From Actinomycetota bacterium (GTDB lineage: Bacteria; Actinomycetota; Acidimicrobiia; Acidimicrobiales; SZUA-35): a stretch of 64,000 nt of DNA. A program made the position numbers and the translations under genes. The notes below the pieces were generated by a model. It saw only the letters and a list, made by a program, of their open reading frames with translations, had not been told where the DNA came from and did no database searches. Shown here piece by piece: positions 1 through 8,100 of this stretch; position 1 is the stretch's first letter; every line of letters begins with the position of its first letter. The stretch spans positions 196,521 to 260,520 of the forward strand of contig JBCCFL010000002.1 in NCBI GenBank assembly GCA_039029735.1, read 5' to 3'.

Positions 1-243
1 GAACCCACCGATCTGTTCCTTGGCCTCGGCGTAGGGCCCATCGGTCATCGACACCTGGTTGCCGTCGGCCCGCACCACGGTGGCGGAATCGGGCGGAGTG
101 AGCGACCCGAAGAACACCCAGACTCCCGCCTCCTTCAGCTCCTGCTGATGACGGCCCACCCGGGCCATCACGTCCTGGATCTCCTCGGGGGGAGGAGGCG
201 GGGCGTCGGGGTCGGCATACACCGACAGCAGATACTGCGGCAT
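1..243 (-). CDS. YCII-related (YciI-like) domain protein, C-terminal end cut by the window edge
   Basis: There is a reverse-strand ATG at 241-243, just after the stop of the upstream gene. 81 codons stay open to position 1. The translation MPQYLLSVYADPDAPPPPPEEIQDVMARVGRHQQELKEAGVWVFFGSL..TDGPYAEAKEQIGGF carries the DGP(F/Y)xExKExxGGF hallmark. It is not in the ORF track because there is no stop in the window. Confidence 0.6.
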   Translation of the reverse strand, partial: MPQYLLSVYADPDAPPPPPEEIQDVMARVGRHQQELKEAGVWVFFGSLTPPDSATVVRADGNQVSMTDGPYAEAKEQIGGF

Positions 244-246
244 TGC

Positions 247-549
247 TCAGCCAGCTACGTAGACCGCAACCGGGGAGTTCATCCCGGCGCTCGGCGGCCC
301 GTCGAGGAGCGACATGAACTGCTGGTGGGCGGCCTCCATCGCCTCTCCCTGGCCGTGGCCCTGCACGGCGTCCATCGTGGTGAACAGGGCGAAGAACGAG
401 TACTCGTTCCCCTCACCCTTGGAGTAGGAGTAGAACTCGACACCCTCGGCCTTGCCCACCTCGGCCACCATCGCCTGCAGCGCAGCGTCCATCTCGTCGT
501 TCTTGCCGTCCTGGCACTTGAAGGTGCCGGCCATCGTGACCTTCGACAT
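247..549 (-). CDS. small alpha+beta barrel protein, ABM (antibiotic biosynthesis monooxygenase)-like
   Basis: 100 codons run from ATG 549 (MSKVTMAGTF..) with AAGGAGA upstream. The longer track ORF to 639 lacks an RBS. The family call rests on size and pattern only. Confidence 0.45.
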   Translation of the reverse strand: MSKVTMAGTFKCQDGKNDEMDAALQAMVAEVGKAEGVEFYSYSKGEGNEYSFFALFTTMDAVQGHGQGEAMEAAHQQFMSLLDGPPSAGMNSPVAVYVAG

Positions 550-826
550 CGTCGTCTCCTTGGTTGGTTGATGTGGTGTGGATGCCTCGGTCGAGGCCTC
601 CCTCGTCATGTCCACGAACATCGATGCAGGAATCGACACCAGAGGGGAAGAAATCTCGTCGAGGCCGCGCCGCCACCCTACTCGGGGGTCGATGTGCCCT
701 CGTCGCTCCCCGCACCGGGACGCGCCTGATCGCCAGGGGCTCGCTGTTCCAGTACTTCAACTACAAGCTCGATCTCTGGGAGACGATCACGTCGTCGCCG
801 GGTGAGACCGTCGAACGGTCGCGGCG

Positions 827-2782
827 TCAGTGGCAGTGGTCGCCCTTCGATGGGGCGATGTCGAGTGCAGGATTGCGGTCGAAGAAGCCCCACGGCTTGA
901 GCATGAACCCGAGCGACTCCACCGGCATGATCGGCCAGTCCTCAGGCCGGGGCACGTGGGTGGCGCCAAAGGTGTGCCACACCACAACGTCGGTGTCGTC
1001 GATCGACCGGTCGGCCGCGGTCCAGCGGGGGAGACCGTCGCCTCCGGGATGGAGCGCCGGGTAGTTGCCTCCCGGGTGTCGCTCATCGGCCTCGTAGGGC
1101 GTGACCCATAGGTGCTTGTTGGCGAACGCCGCCCGCTTCGACACCGCGGCATTGGCCCCGGCCAGCATCGTCGGTGAGTAGCCCGGCATGAGCTTGAAGC
1201 CGACGGGGTTGCCGGCGGCGTTGGTGCGCGAGGTGTTCTCAACCACCCAGGACCGGCTGGCGGCGGGGTCGGCGAGCCGCTGGGCCTCGAGCTCTGAGCG
1301 GAAGGTGGTCTTCACCGTGTCGAAGGCGTTGGAGTACGGATTCTCCGGACCCTCGGGCAGGGCGACCACGTCCACCTCGCTCACGGTGTTGGGCCCGTCG
1401 TCGAGGTCGAAGTCGAGCCGGAAGCAGAAGAGGTGCTGATGGTGGGGCGCCGCCAGCTCCGGCGAGATCATCGTGGCCTGGTCGGCCACCTCGCCCGGGT
1501 TCATCGCTTGGGTCTGCAGGATCCCAGTCATCTTGACCAGCAGCTCGATCGTGCCGTCGAGATAGAAGTGCCAATAGAAGGCGTACTCGTAGTTGCCGAC
1601 CGTTGCGATCGAGCTCACCACGAAACGCCGAGAGCGGCGCACCTCCACGCTGCCGGTGCCGAAGTCGGTGTGCTTCCAGAGCATCCCGAAGTCCTCTTCG
1701 TGGATGCACACGGCGTTGGGTTTGGCGGCCACGTTCCCGTCGGGGTCGGTGTACACGCAGTCGAGGTACCGAATCTCGCCAAGGCAATCGCAGCCCAGTT
1801 CGAGGCTGTTGAGCAGGGCGGCCAGGCCGATCTCACCGGAGTCGAAGGCGTTCTTGAACCAGTGGTTCGTCATGGTGGTGCCGTACGGAACCACCATGTC
1901 GCCGAGTGCCGCCCGGTACAGGATCGGCCGATCCTCGTCGTCATCGTGCCAGGTGATCTGGTGGAGCACGAGACCTTCCACCGGGTGCACCGACACCCGC
2001 ATCGACCACCGCTCCCAGGTGAGCAGGTGACCGTCGACAGTGAAGCCGGGGCCGTCGGGCTGGGTGATGTCGAGCGCCGCCGGGGTGCGCAGCTCCGTGC
2101 CCCCCTCGGTCGCCGCCTCCACGTCGTAGCGGCCGTGGGCCTTGGGGATCGGCACCACGTCGCCGTCGATCAGCTCCACGAGTTCCTGAGCATCGAAGTC
2201 GACGATGGCAACCAGGTTCTCGATCGGGTGGGCATAGCCGTTGTCGTCGGGGCGTTCCCGCACGTAGCTCACGGCGCGGCAGATGCGCCGGCCCTGGCGG
2301 TCAACCTCGGTGTCGAAGTTTCCGGCCGGCCATGGGTCGATCTGGATCAGTTCGGTGTCGGTGATTCCTCGACGGGCCAATGCTGCCAGGTACCGCTCGT
2401 CAGCCTTCATCACCTGCTCGACGATGAACACCTCTTCGAGGATGAGGTGGGGGAACACGTCGGGGACGTCGGTCCAGGAGGTGATGGCGCCGGCCGTCAG
2501 CGACACGATCACCTCGGAGGTCTGACGGGTGTCACGGTCGTACACCACGAAGCGGGCCTCGCGGTCCCAAGGGTCGCCAGGAGTGAAGGCCTTCACGATC
2601 GCCTTCGGCGGTTCGTTGACCACGGCCGACACGATGCGGAGCCTCGGGGCGAGGCCGCCGTCGCGGGCGCGCAGGATGGCGACGGCTGCCTCGGTCTCGG
2701 CCACTGTGAGGGGTTCGAGCGGGTGGCTCGGGGTACCGCCGACTTCGGTCGACGACGTAGGGGGCGCAGCGGTCTCGGTCAC
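827..2782 (-). CDS. copper-containing primary amine oxidase (topaquinone enzyme)
   Basis: It has the TPQ consensus TVGNYEYAFYW, the HHQH motif and WHTFGATHVPRPEDWP. I chose GTG 2782 (VTETAAPP..) with GGAGA upstream. The in-frame extension to 3256 is Arg/Pro-rich and implausible. Confidence 0.9.
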   Translation of the reverse strand: MTETAAPPTSSTEVGGTPSHPLEPLTVAETEAAVAILRARDGGLAPRLRIVSAVVNEPPKAIVKAFTPGDPWDREARFVVYDRDTRQTSEVIVSLTAGAITSWTDVPDVFPHLILEEVFIVEQVMKADERYLAALARRGITDTELIQIDPWPAGNFDTEVDRQGRRICRAVSYVRERPDDNGYAHPIENLVAIVDFDAQELVELIDGDVVPIPKAHGRYDVEAATEGGTELRTPAALDITQPDGPGFTVDGHLLTWERWSMRVSVHPVEGLVLHQITWHDDDEDRPILYRAALGDMVVPYGTTMTNHWFKNAFDSGEIGLAALLNSLELGCDCLGEIRYLDCVYTDPDGNVAAKPNAVCIHEEDFGMLWKHTDFGTGSVEVRRSRRFVVSSIATVGNYEYAFYWHFYLDGTIELLVKMTGILQTQAMNPGEVADQATMISPELAAPHHQHLFCFRLDFDLDDGPNTVSEVDVVALPEGPENPYSNAFDTVKTTFRSELEAQRLADPAASRSWVVENTSRTNAAGNPVGFKLMPGYSPTMLAGANAAVSKRAAFANKHLWVTPYEADERHPGGNYPALHPGGDGLPRWTAADRSIDDTDVVVWHTFGATHVPRPEDWPIMPVESLGFMLKPWGFFDRNPALDIAPSKGDHCH

Positions 2783-2912
2783 GGTCGGTCTCCAGGGTCG
2801 GCACGGGGTGGGCGATACCGGCCGACGGACGCTCGACGACCGGGCCCCAATGCTGTCACAGCACGGTGATGGCCGCCCCTCCGGGACCGAGGGGATCGGG
2901 CGGGGTCTGCGC

Positions 2913-3146
2913 TGTTGGTTGTCACACCGTGTTTCGATCCACCACGTGTGGCCCTGGTCCCGCGGCGGCACAACTGATCTGTCCAATCTCGTACCGTTGT
3001 GTCGCCAGCACCACCACCGGGTGCACGAAGGCGGCTGGCGGATGGAACTCAGCCCGGATCGTCGGTTGTGCATTCGGCGGCCTGACGGTGCGTGCCACGA
3101 CCCACCAGTCGGCGCCCGAGCCGGCACCGCCAGGGAACCGCCGTAG
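2913..3146 (+). pseudogene. 3-prime remnant of a DUF222/13E12-type HNH endonuclease gene
   Basis: The frame reads RCWLSHRVSIHHVWPWSRGGTTDLSNLVPLCRQHHHRVHEGGWRMELSPDRRLCIRRPDG then stop. This is the HNH core only. There is no N-terminal DUF222 part, no start and no RBS. Confidence 0.55.
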
Positions 3147-3170
3147 GGCCTTCGGGGCGGGCTGCGGGGG

Positions 3171-3305
3171 CTAGCCGGAGAAGGCCGAGGCGAGGGCCTC
3201 GCCGACGCCGGTACCAATCCAGAACGAGAGCGCACCGGTGAGCACGGTGATCGCAATCAACGTGGCTTTGGACCGTTCATCGAGGTACTGGATCAACTGC
3301 CCCAT
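3171..3305 (-). CDS. 44-aa hypothetical small membrane protein
   Basis: ATG 3305 is preceded by GGAGG. The product is MGQLIQYLDERSKATLIAITVLTGALSFWIGTGVGEALASAFSG, with one hydrophobic helix. It is below the ORF-track size cutoff. Confidence 0.4.
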   Translation of the reverse strand: MGQLIQYLDERSKATLIAITVLTGALSFWIGTGVGEALASAFSG

Positions 3306-3376
3306 TTGACTGCCTCCGAGAGATATCGAGCGTGGTCGACCGAACATAGGAGGAGTCAGCGTTCAGTACAGGTGAT

Positions 3377-3799
3377 GTGAGGCGCGCTACCCACCGCGAT
3401 ACTGGGGCGATGGCGTCAGCGCACCACCCTCATGTGGCCCACATCGATCACGTGCAGCTTGCGATGCCGTCCGGGCGAGAGGACGACGCGCGGGCCTTCT
3501 ACCAGGGGTTGCTCGATATCCCAGAGCACCCGAAGCCTCCTCACCTGGCAGTGCGCGGCGGGTGCTGGTTCGAACGGGGTGCGCTCAAGATCCATCTGGG
3601 GGTCGACGCCGACTTCGTGCCGGCTCGCAAGGCCCACCCCGCCTTGATCGTGGTGGGGCTTCCCATGCTCCTCGCCCGCCTTCAGGCTGCGGGCGTCACC
3701 GTGCGCGACGACGAACCTCTCGACGGCTACCACCGGGCCTACGTTGACGACCCGTTCGGCAATCGCATCGAACTCATGGAGCCACACCCAGCCCCGTGA
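3377..3799 (+). CDS. VOC (glyoxalase/bleomycin resistance/dioxygenase) family protein
   Basis: IDHVQLAMPSGREDDARAFYQGLLD...DDPFGNRIELME is typical of the VOC fold. The start is uncertain: GTG 3377 or ATG 3410. Confidence 0.7.
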   Translation: MRRATHRDTGAMASAHHPHVAHIDHVQLAMPSGREDDARAFYQGLLDIPEHPKPPHLAVRGGCWFERGALKIHLGVDADFVPARKAHPALIVVGLPMLLARLQAAGVTVRDDEPLDGYHRAYVDDPFGNRIELMEPHPAP

Positions 3800-3821
3800 G
3801 TGGCCGAGTGCGGGCGACGGT

Positions 3822-4727
3822 TCAGGAGTACGTCAGCTCGGCCCAGGCCTGTTCGAGATCGCCAGCATGGAGGTGGGCCTCCTCGATCACCACGATGATC
3901 ACGCCGAGCGATGGCATCCAGTCGGGGCCGAGGCGCTGATCCGGCGCCAGTTGGAGCAGGGATCGGCGCCGCGATCCGCCAGCCCGACCGTGGACGCGCA
4001 ACGGGTCGTAGCCCTGCGGGTTCGGCGTCCCCAAGAGCTGATGTGGTGGCGGCGGGCTGAGTATGTGGGTGTAGGCGATCCACTCGTCATCGGTGATGCC
4101 CGGAGGGCACTCCCACCCGTCGGCGTGGGAATACGTCGACCGCACCGCCATCGCCATCGGCGCCGATGGGGACGAGCGAACCGGCGCCGCAGTGTTGGAA
4201 GGGTCGTGGGCGGCCGGGTCGGGATCGGCGAACCAGACGGCGAGCGTCCAGTGATCCCCGCTGGTCAGGATGGCGTCGCCTCCCTCCTCGTCTCGGAGCG
4301 CCCACACCTGCAGCAGGCCGTGCTGTGGTAGTTCGTCGAGCCCGCCGGGCCACGGGCTGATCTCGGCGTAGACCTCAGCAAGGTTCACCTGAGCCAGGAA
4401 CGTGTAGATCACCGGCGAGTCGGCCGGCGGATGCGGAGGAAGCCGGAACCCCGCAGGAACGTACGGCTGCCCTCCGAATCGCGACGCCGTCGGATCTTGC
4501 GCCGACACGGGACCAGCCGGTGCCAGCTCGATCGCAGGAGACGATCGATCGAGGCATGCCTCCCTCACCCGTGCGGCCAGCGCAGGTGTGGCCAGTGCCT
4601 CGAACCGTTGGCGGTCGGCGTCGAACTCGGCCCGCCGGCGGCGGAGCTCCGCGGTCGCCGCCCGCTGCTCGGCCTGATGAGCCGCCACCTCAGCTCGCGC
4701 CCGTCGCAGCCATCCCCACGGCGCCAT
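3822..4727 (-). CDS. DUF1963 (YwqG-like) domain protein with a charged, possibly coiled N-terminal segment
   Basis: SRFGGQPYVP, FLAQVNLAEV, LPQHGLLQVWA and a C-terminal HQLLGTPNPQGYDP match the DUF1963 pattern. The ATG overlaps the hrpB stop (TGATG at 4725-4729). Confidence 0.65.
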   Translation of the reverse strand: MAPWGWLRRARAEVAAHQAEQRAATAELRRRRAEFDADRQRFEALATPALAARVREACLDRSSPAIELAPAGPVSAQDPTASRFGGQPYVPAGFRLPPHPPADSPVIYTFLAQVNLAEVYAEISPWPGGLDELPQHGLLQVWALRDEEGGDAILTSGDHWTLAVWFADPDPAAHDPSNTAAPVRSSPSAPMAMAVRSTYSHADGWECPPGITDDEWIAYTHILSPPPPHQLLGTPNPQGYDPLRVHGRAGGSRRRSLLQLAPDQRLGPDWMPSLGVIIVVIEEAHLHAGDLEQAWAELTYS

Positions 4728-7210
4728 CAGCCGTCGCCTTCTTCCCACGGTCGTTCGGGCCAGCGGTGTTTCGGGTACCGGCCTCGCAGATCGGCTCGCA
4801 CCGCAGCGTAGGAGCCACGCCAGAAACCTGGCAGGTCGGTGGTGGTCTGCGTGGGCCGGTCGGCCGGCGAGAGGAGCTCGATCGTGATCGGAGTGCGATG
4901 GGGCCCCACCGTCGGATGTTCGTCGAGGCCCATCAGGTGCTGGAGCCGCACCGCCCACACCGGGCGCCCCGACCCGTAGCGCACCGGCTTGGGCCGGCCC
5001 CCGGGAGGTGTGAGTGTCGAGGGCGCGAGCGCATCCACCTCGGCGCTGCGCGGCCAGCCGAGCAGGGTTCGCAACCCGGCGAGCACATCGAGACGTGCGA
5101 GATCCTCCACCCGGCGACAGGTCGAGAGGTCGAGCCACTCGCTCATCCGCTCGGTGAGTGACTCGTCGTCGACGGCGGGCCACGTGTCTGGCGCTTCGGC
5201 GTGAAGCCAGCCGAGACGGGCTCTGAGGTCGCGGGCCGCCCCGTTCCACGGCAGCACATCGAGGCCCCGTCGCTGCAGCCCGACCTGAACCGCCGCCGCC
5301 ACCGCATGCCCGGGCGGGTCGGGCCATGGCTCGCGGTGGAGCACGATCGCCCCGAGCCGTCGTTGTCGTTCGGCCACCACCGCCCCTCGCCGATCGTCCC
5401 AAGTCACCTCGGGATGATCGACGACGTGGTGGCTGAGCTCATGCACGACTGTGGCCCGATCGATCGTGACCGCCCGACGCACTCGGGCCGACCGGGCGGA
5501 GCCGTCAGCGTCGACCACCACGAGGAACCCACCCTCTGTCGAGAGCCCGGCTCCCGCCGGCACGGTGACCTCGCGTCCGTTGGCCACGAGGAAGCGGCGG
5601 TCGCCGTCGCCGGGCCGCGCCTGGGCCACCCGGTCGGGCCAGGCGGCGGCCAGGAGCGCGCCAAGCGGGTCGTTCCGCGCACCGGCTGCTGCTCGACCGC
5701 GGGACCGCTCGGATCCTGCATCTGCATCGAGGGCACGACGCCAGCGGCGCACGCGGTCGGCCGGGGGCGTCGCGCCGTCGAGTTCGGCGGCGAGATCGAT
5801 CGACGACGGGCGGCGGTCGTCATCGAGCACGGCGGCCACCCGGGCGCCGAGGTCGAAGGTTCCACGTCGATGAGCCGTCACGAGCAGGGCACCCACCCGC
5901 GGATGCACACCGAGCGATCGGGCCAGACGACCGGCGTCGGTCATGGCTCCGCGCTCGTCGAGCAGGCCGAGCGTGGTGAGCAGTCGACGGCCGGCCCGAA
6001 GCCGTTCGAGCCCTGGATGGGTCAGGAGCGGTAGCGATGTGCCATCCGCATCGCCCCACGCGGCCAGTTCGAAGGCCACCGGCAGTGGGTCGCCGTCGCG
6101 GATCTCGGGTTCGGTCGCCTCGCGCAGATGCCGATGCTCCTCATTCGACCACAGGCGATAGCAACGCCCCGGGCCGAGGCGCCCGGCGCGACCGCGCCGC
6201 TGGTCGGCCGAGAACCGGGTGACGTGATCCGTCTCCAGCCGCCCGAAGCCGGTCTCCGGGTGGAACACGGCCCGGCGGGCCAGACCACCATCGACCACGG
6301 CCGTCACCCCCGGGAGGGTCACCGACGTCTCGGCCACGGCCGAGGCCACGGTGACCCGTCTCCGCCCCGGCGCCGGATCCGTCAGCGCCTCGGCCCGAAG
6401 CTCCGGCGACGAGGAGCCGTGTAGGCTGAGCACGTCGACGGCACCGGCGAGGCGACCCTGGAGGGCACGCACCGCGTCGTCGATCTCCCTTCGCCCCGGG
6501 GCGAAGGCCACCACGTTGCCATCGGTTTCGGCCACGGCCCGCATCACGGCCGCGGCCATGCCGTCGACCCATTGGCGGCGATCGGGTCGAGCGAGGTGCT
6601 CGGTTGAAACGGGGAACGTGCGACCGGGCACGGCGATCGTCGGTACCGGCCTGGCGTTGGCCTCCGCGGTCGCCTCGATCAGCGCCACGACGGGGTCGGC
6701 GTCGAGGGTGGCCGACATCACGACGACGGCCAGGTCCGGCCGCAGCGCCGCCCGGCTCTCGAGGGTCATGGCCAACCCGAGATCGCTGTGGAGGTTCCGC
6801 TCATGGAACTCGTCGAAGATCACCACGCCGACGCCGCTGAGCTCCGGGTCGCGTTGGAGCCGAGCCGTGAGAATCGCCTCGGTCACCACCTCGATCCGGG
6901 TTGCGGCCGAAACCCGCCGCTCGCCTCGCATCGTGAGGCCGACGGCGTCGCCCAGGTTCGACTGGCCGACCCACAGAGACATGAGGCGCTGGGCGGCGGC
7001 CCGGGCGGCGAGACGTCGTGGCTGCAGAAGCACCACCCGTTGGCCCTCGGCGGCCGCACGGTCGAGCGCCTCCACCGCGAGCAGGGGCACGAGGCTCGTC
7101 TTGCCAGCGCCGGGCTCGGCGGTGAGCACGAGCGAACCGGCGCCGATGGCGTCCACGATCTCGGAGGCGTGTGCCTCCACCGGAAGATCGGTGGTGCTGC
7201 GGAAACTCAT
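4727..7210 (-). CDS. hrpB: ATP-dependent RNA helicase HrpB (DEAH/RHA family)
   Basis: It has Walker A EPGAGKTS, DEFHER, helicase C, HA2 and the HrpB C-terminal tail ..RGRYPKHRWPERPW. The start is ATG 7210 (MSFRSTTDLPV). Confidence 0.9.
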   Translation of the reverse strand: MSFRSTTDLPVEAHASEIVDAIGAGSLVLTAEPGAGKTSLVPLLAVEALDRAAAEGQRVVLLQPRRLAARAAAQRLMSLWVGQSNLGDAVGLTMRGERRVSAATRIEVVTEAILTARLQRDPELSGVGVVIFDEFHERNLHSDLGLAMTLESRAALRPDLAVVVMSATLDADPVVALIEATAEANARPVPTIAVPGRTFPVSTEHLARPDRRQWVDGMAAAVMRAVAETDGNVVAFAPGRREIDDAVRALQGRLAGAVDVLSLHGSSSPELRAEALTDPAPGRRRVTVASAVAETSVTLPGVTAVVDGGLARRAVFHPETGFGRLETDHVTRFSADQRRGRAGRLGPGRCYRLWSNEEHRHLREATEPEIRDGDPLPVAFELAAWGDADGTSLPLLTHPGLERLRAGRRLLTTLGLLDERGAMTDAGRLARSLGVHPRVGALLVTAHRRGTFDLGARVAAVLDDDRRPSSIDLAAELDGATPPADRVRRWRRALDADAGSERSRGRAAAGARNDPLGALLAAAWPDRVAQARPGDGDRRFLVANGREVTVPAGAGLSTEGGFLVVVDADGSARSARVRRAVTIDRATVVHELSHHVVDHPEVTWDDRRGAVVAERQRRLGAIVLHREPWPDPPGHAVAAAVQVGLQRRGLDVLPWNGAARDLRARLGWLHAEAPDTWPAVDDESLTERMSEWLDLSTCRRVEDLARLDVLAGLRTLLGWPRSAEVDALAPSTLTPPGGRPKPVRYGSGRPVWAVRLQHLMGLDEHPTVGPHRTPITIELLSPADRPTQTTTDLPGFWRGSYAAVRADLRGRYPKHRWPERPWEEGDG

Positions 7211-7288
7211 GACCGCACGGATCCTACTCCTACGATTGTGACCGCTCTGCGGGCCGCGGGCGGCCACGTGCCCGAGCAGACTGGTCGC

Positions 7289-8017
7289 ATGGCTGACGCG
7301 ACGCCGACACCTGATCAGTACGACCTGTTCGCCGACGAGTTCGCCGCCCACGCCGAGGTCGCGCCCTACAACGCCTTGTACGACCGGCCCGTCATGCTGG
7401 ATCTGATTGGCGACATCGATGGGCGCGAGGTGCTCGACGCTGGATGTGGCCCTGGGATCTATGCCGCCGAGTTGCTCGGCCGCGGTGCTGCGGTGCAGGC
7501 CTGCGACGCCTCACCTCGCATGGTGGAGTTGGCAACCGAGCGCACCGCTGGTGCGGCCGCCGTACGAGTCCATGCCCTCGACGAGCCGTTCACCTGGCTC
7601 GCCGATCAGTCGGTCGACGTGGCCGTCTGCGCCCTGGTGCTCCACTACCTCAACGACCGTCCGGCGTTCCTGGCCGAGATGCGGCGGGTGTTGCGGCCCG
7701 ACGGGCGGCTCGTGATCAGCACCCATCACCCGACTGGCGACTGGTATCGCCTCGGCGGCTCGTACTTCACCCGCGAGGTGCTCACCGAGACGTGGTCCAA
7801 GGGGTGGCAGGTCACCACCTGGCGGCTGCCGCTGACGGATCTGTGCGAGGAGTTCGCCACCGCCGGCTTTGTGATCGAACGCCTCGTCGAGGCTGAGCCG
7901 GATCCGAGGATGGTCGACACCCACCCCAAGGACCACGCCCGGCTCTCGACGGTTCCTGGGTTTGTGTTCTTCCGGCTCGTACCGGCGCCGCAGACGGGGC
8001 CGCGAACGGGGCCATGA
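7289..8017 (+). CDS. class I SAM-dependent methyltransferase
   Basis: It has the VLDAGCGPG motif I and LRPDGRLVIS. The start is ATG 7289. The upstream part of the track ORF is antisense to hrpB. Confidence 0.8.
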   Translation: MADATPTPDQYDLFADEFAAHAEVAPYNALYDRPVMLDLIGDIDGREVLDAGCGPGIYAAELLGRGAAVQACDASPRMVELATERTAGAAAVRVHALDEPFTWLADQSVDVAVCALVLHYLNDRPAFLAEMRRVLRPDGRLVISTHHPTGDWYRLGGSYFTREVLTETWSKGWQVTTWRLPLTDLCEEFATAGFVIERLVEAEPDPRMVDTHPKDHARLSTVPGFVFFRLVPAPQTGPRTGP

Positions 8018-8025
8018 ACGCGGGG

Positions 8026-8066
8026 CGACCCCGCCACCAGCAGGAGCCGAGCTGGTGGCGGGGTCG
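8026..8066. terminator. perfect 16-bp stem hairpin between convergent genes
   Basis: cgaccccgccaccagc (8026-8041) pairs with gctggtggcggggtcg (8051-8066) around a 9-nt loop. There is no clear U tract. Confidence 0.5.
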
Positions 8067-8100
8067 TGATCGGAGCGAACGCTGACCGAGGTGGCAGCGC

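Noticed and set aside
3822-5402. The 526-aa version of the DUF1963 ORF
   Set aside because: The extra N-terminal 225 codons overlap the hrpB 3-prime end and are Arg/Ala/Gly-rich. The ATG at 4727 overlapping the hrpB stop fits better.
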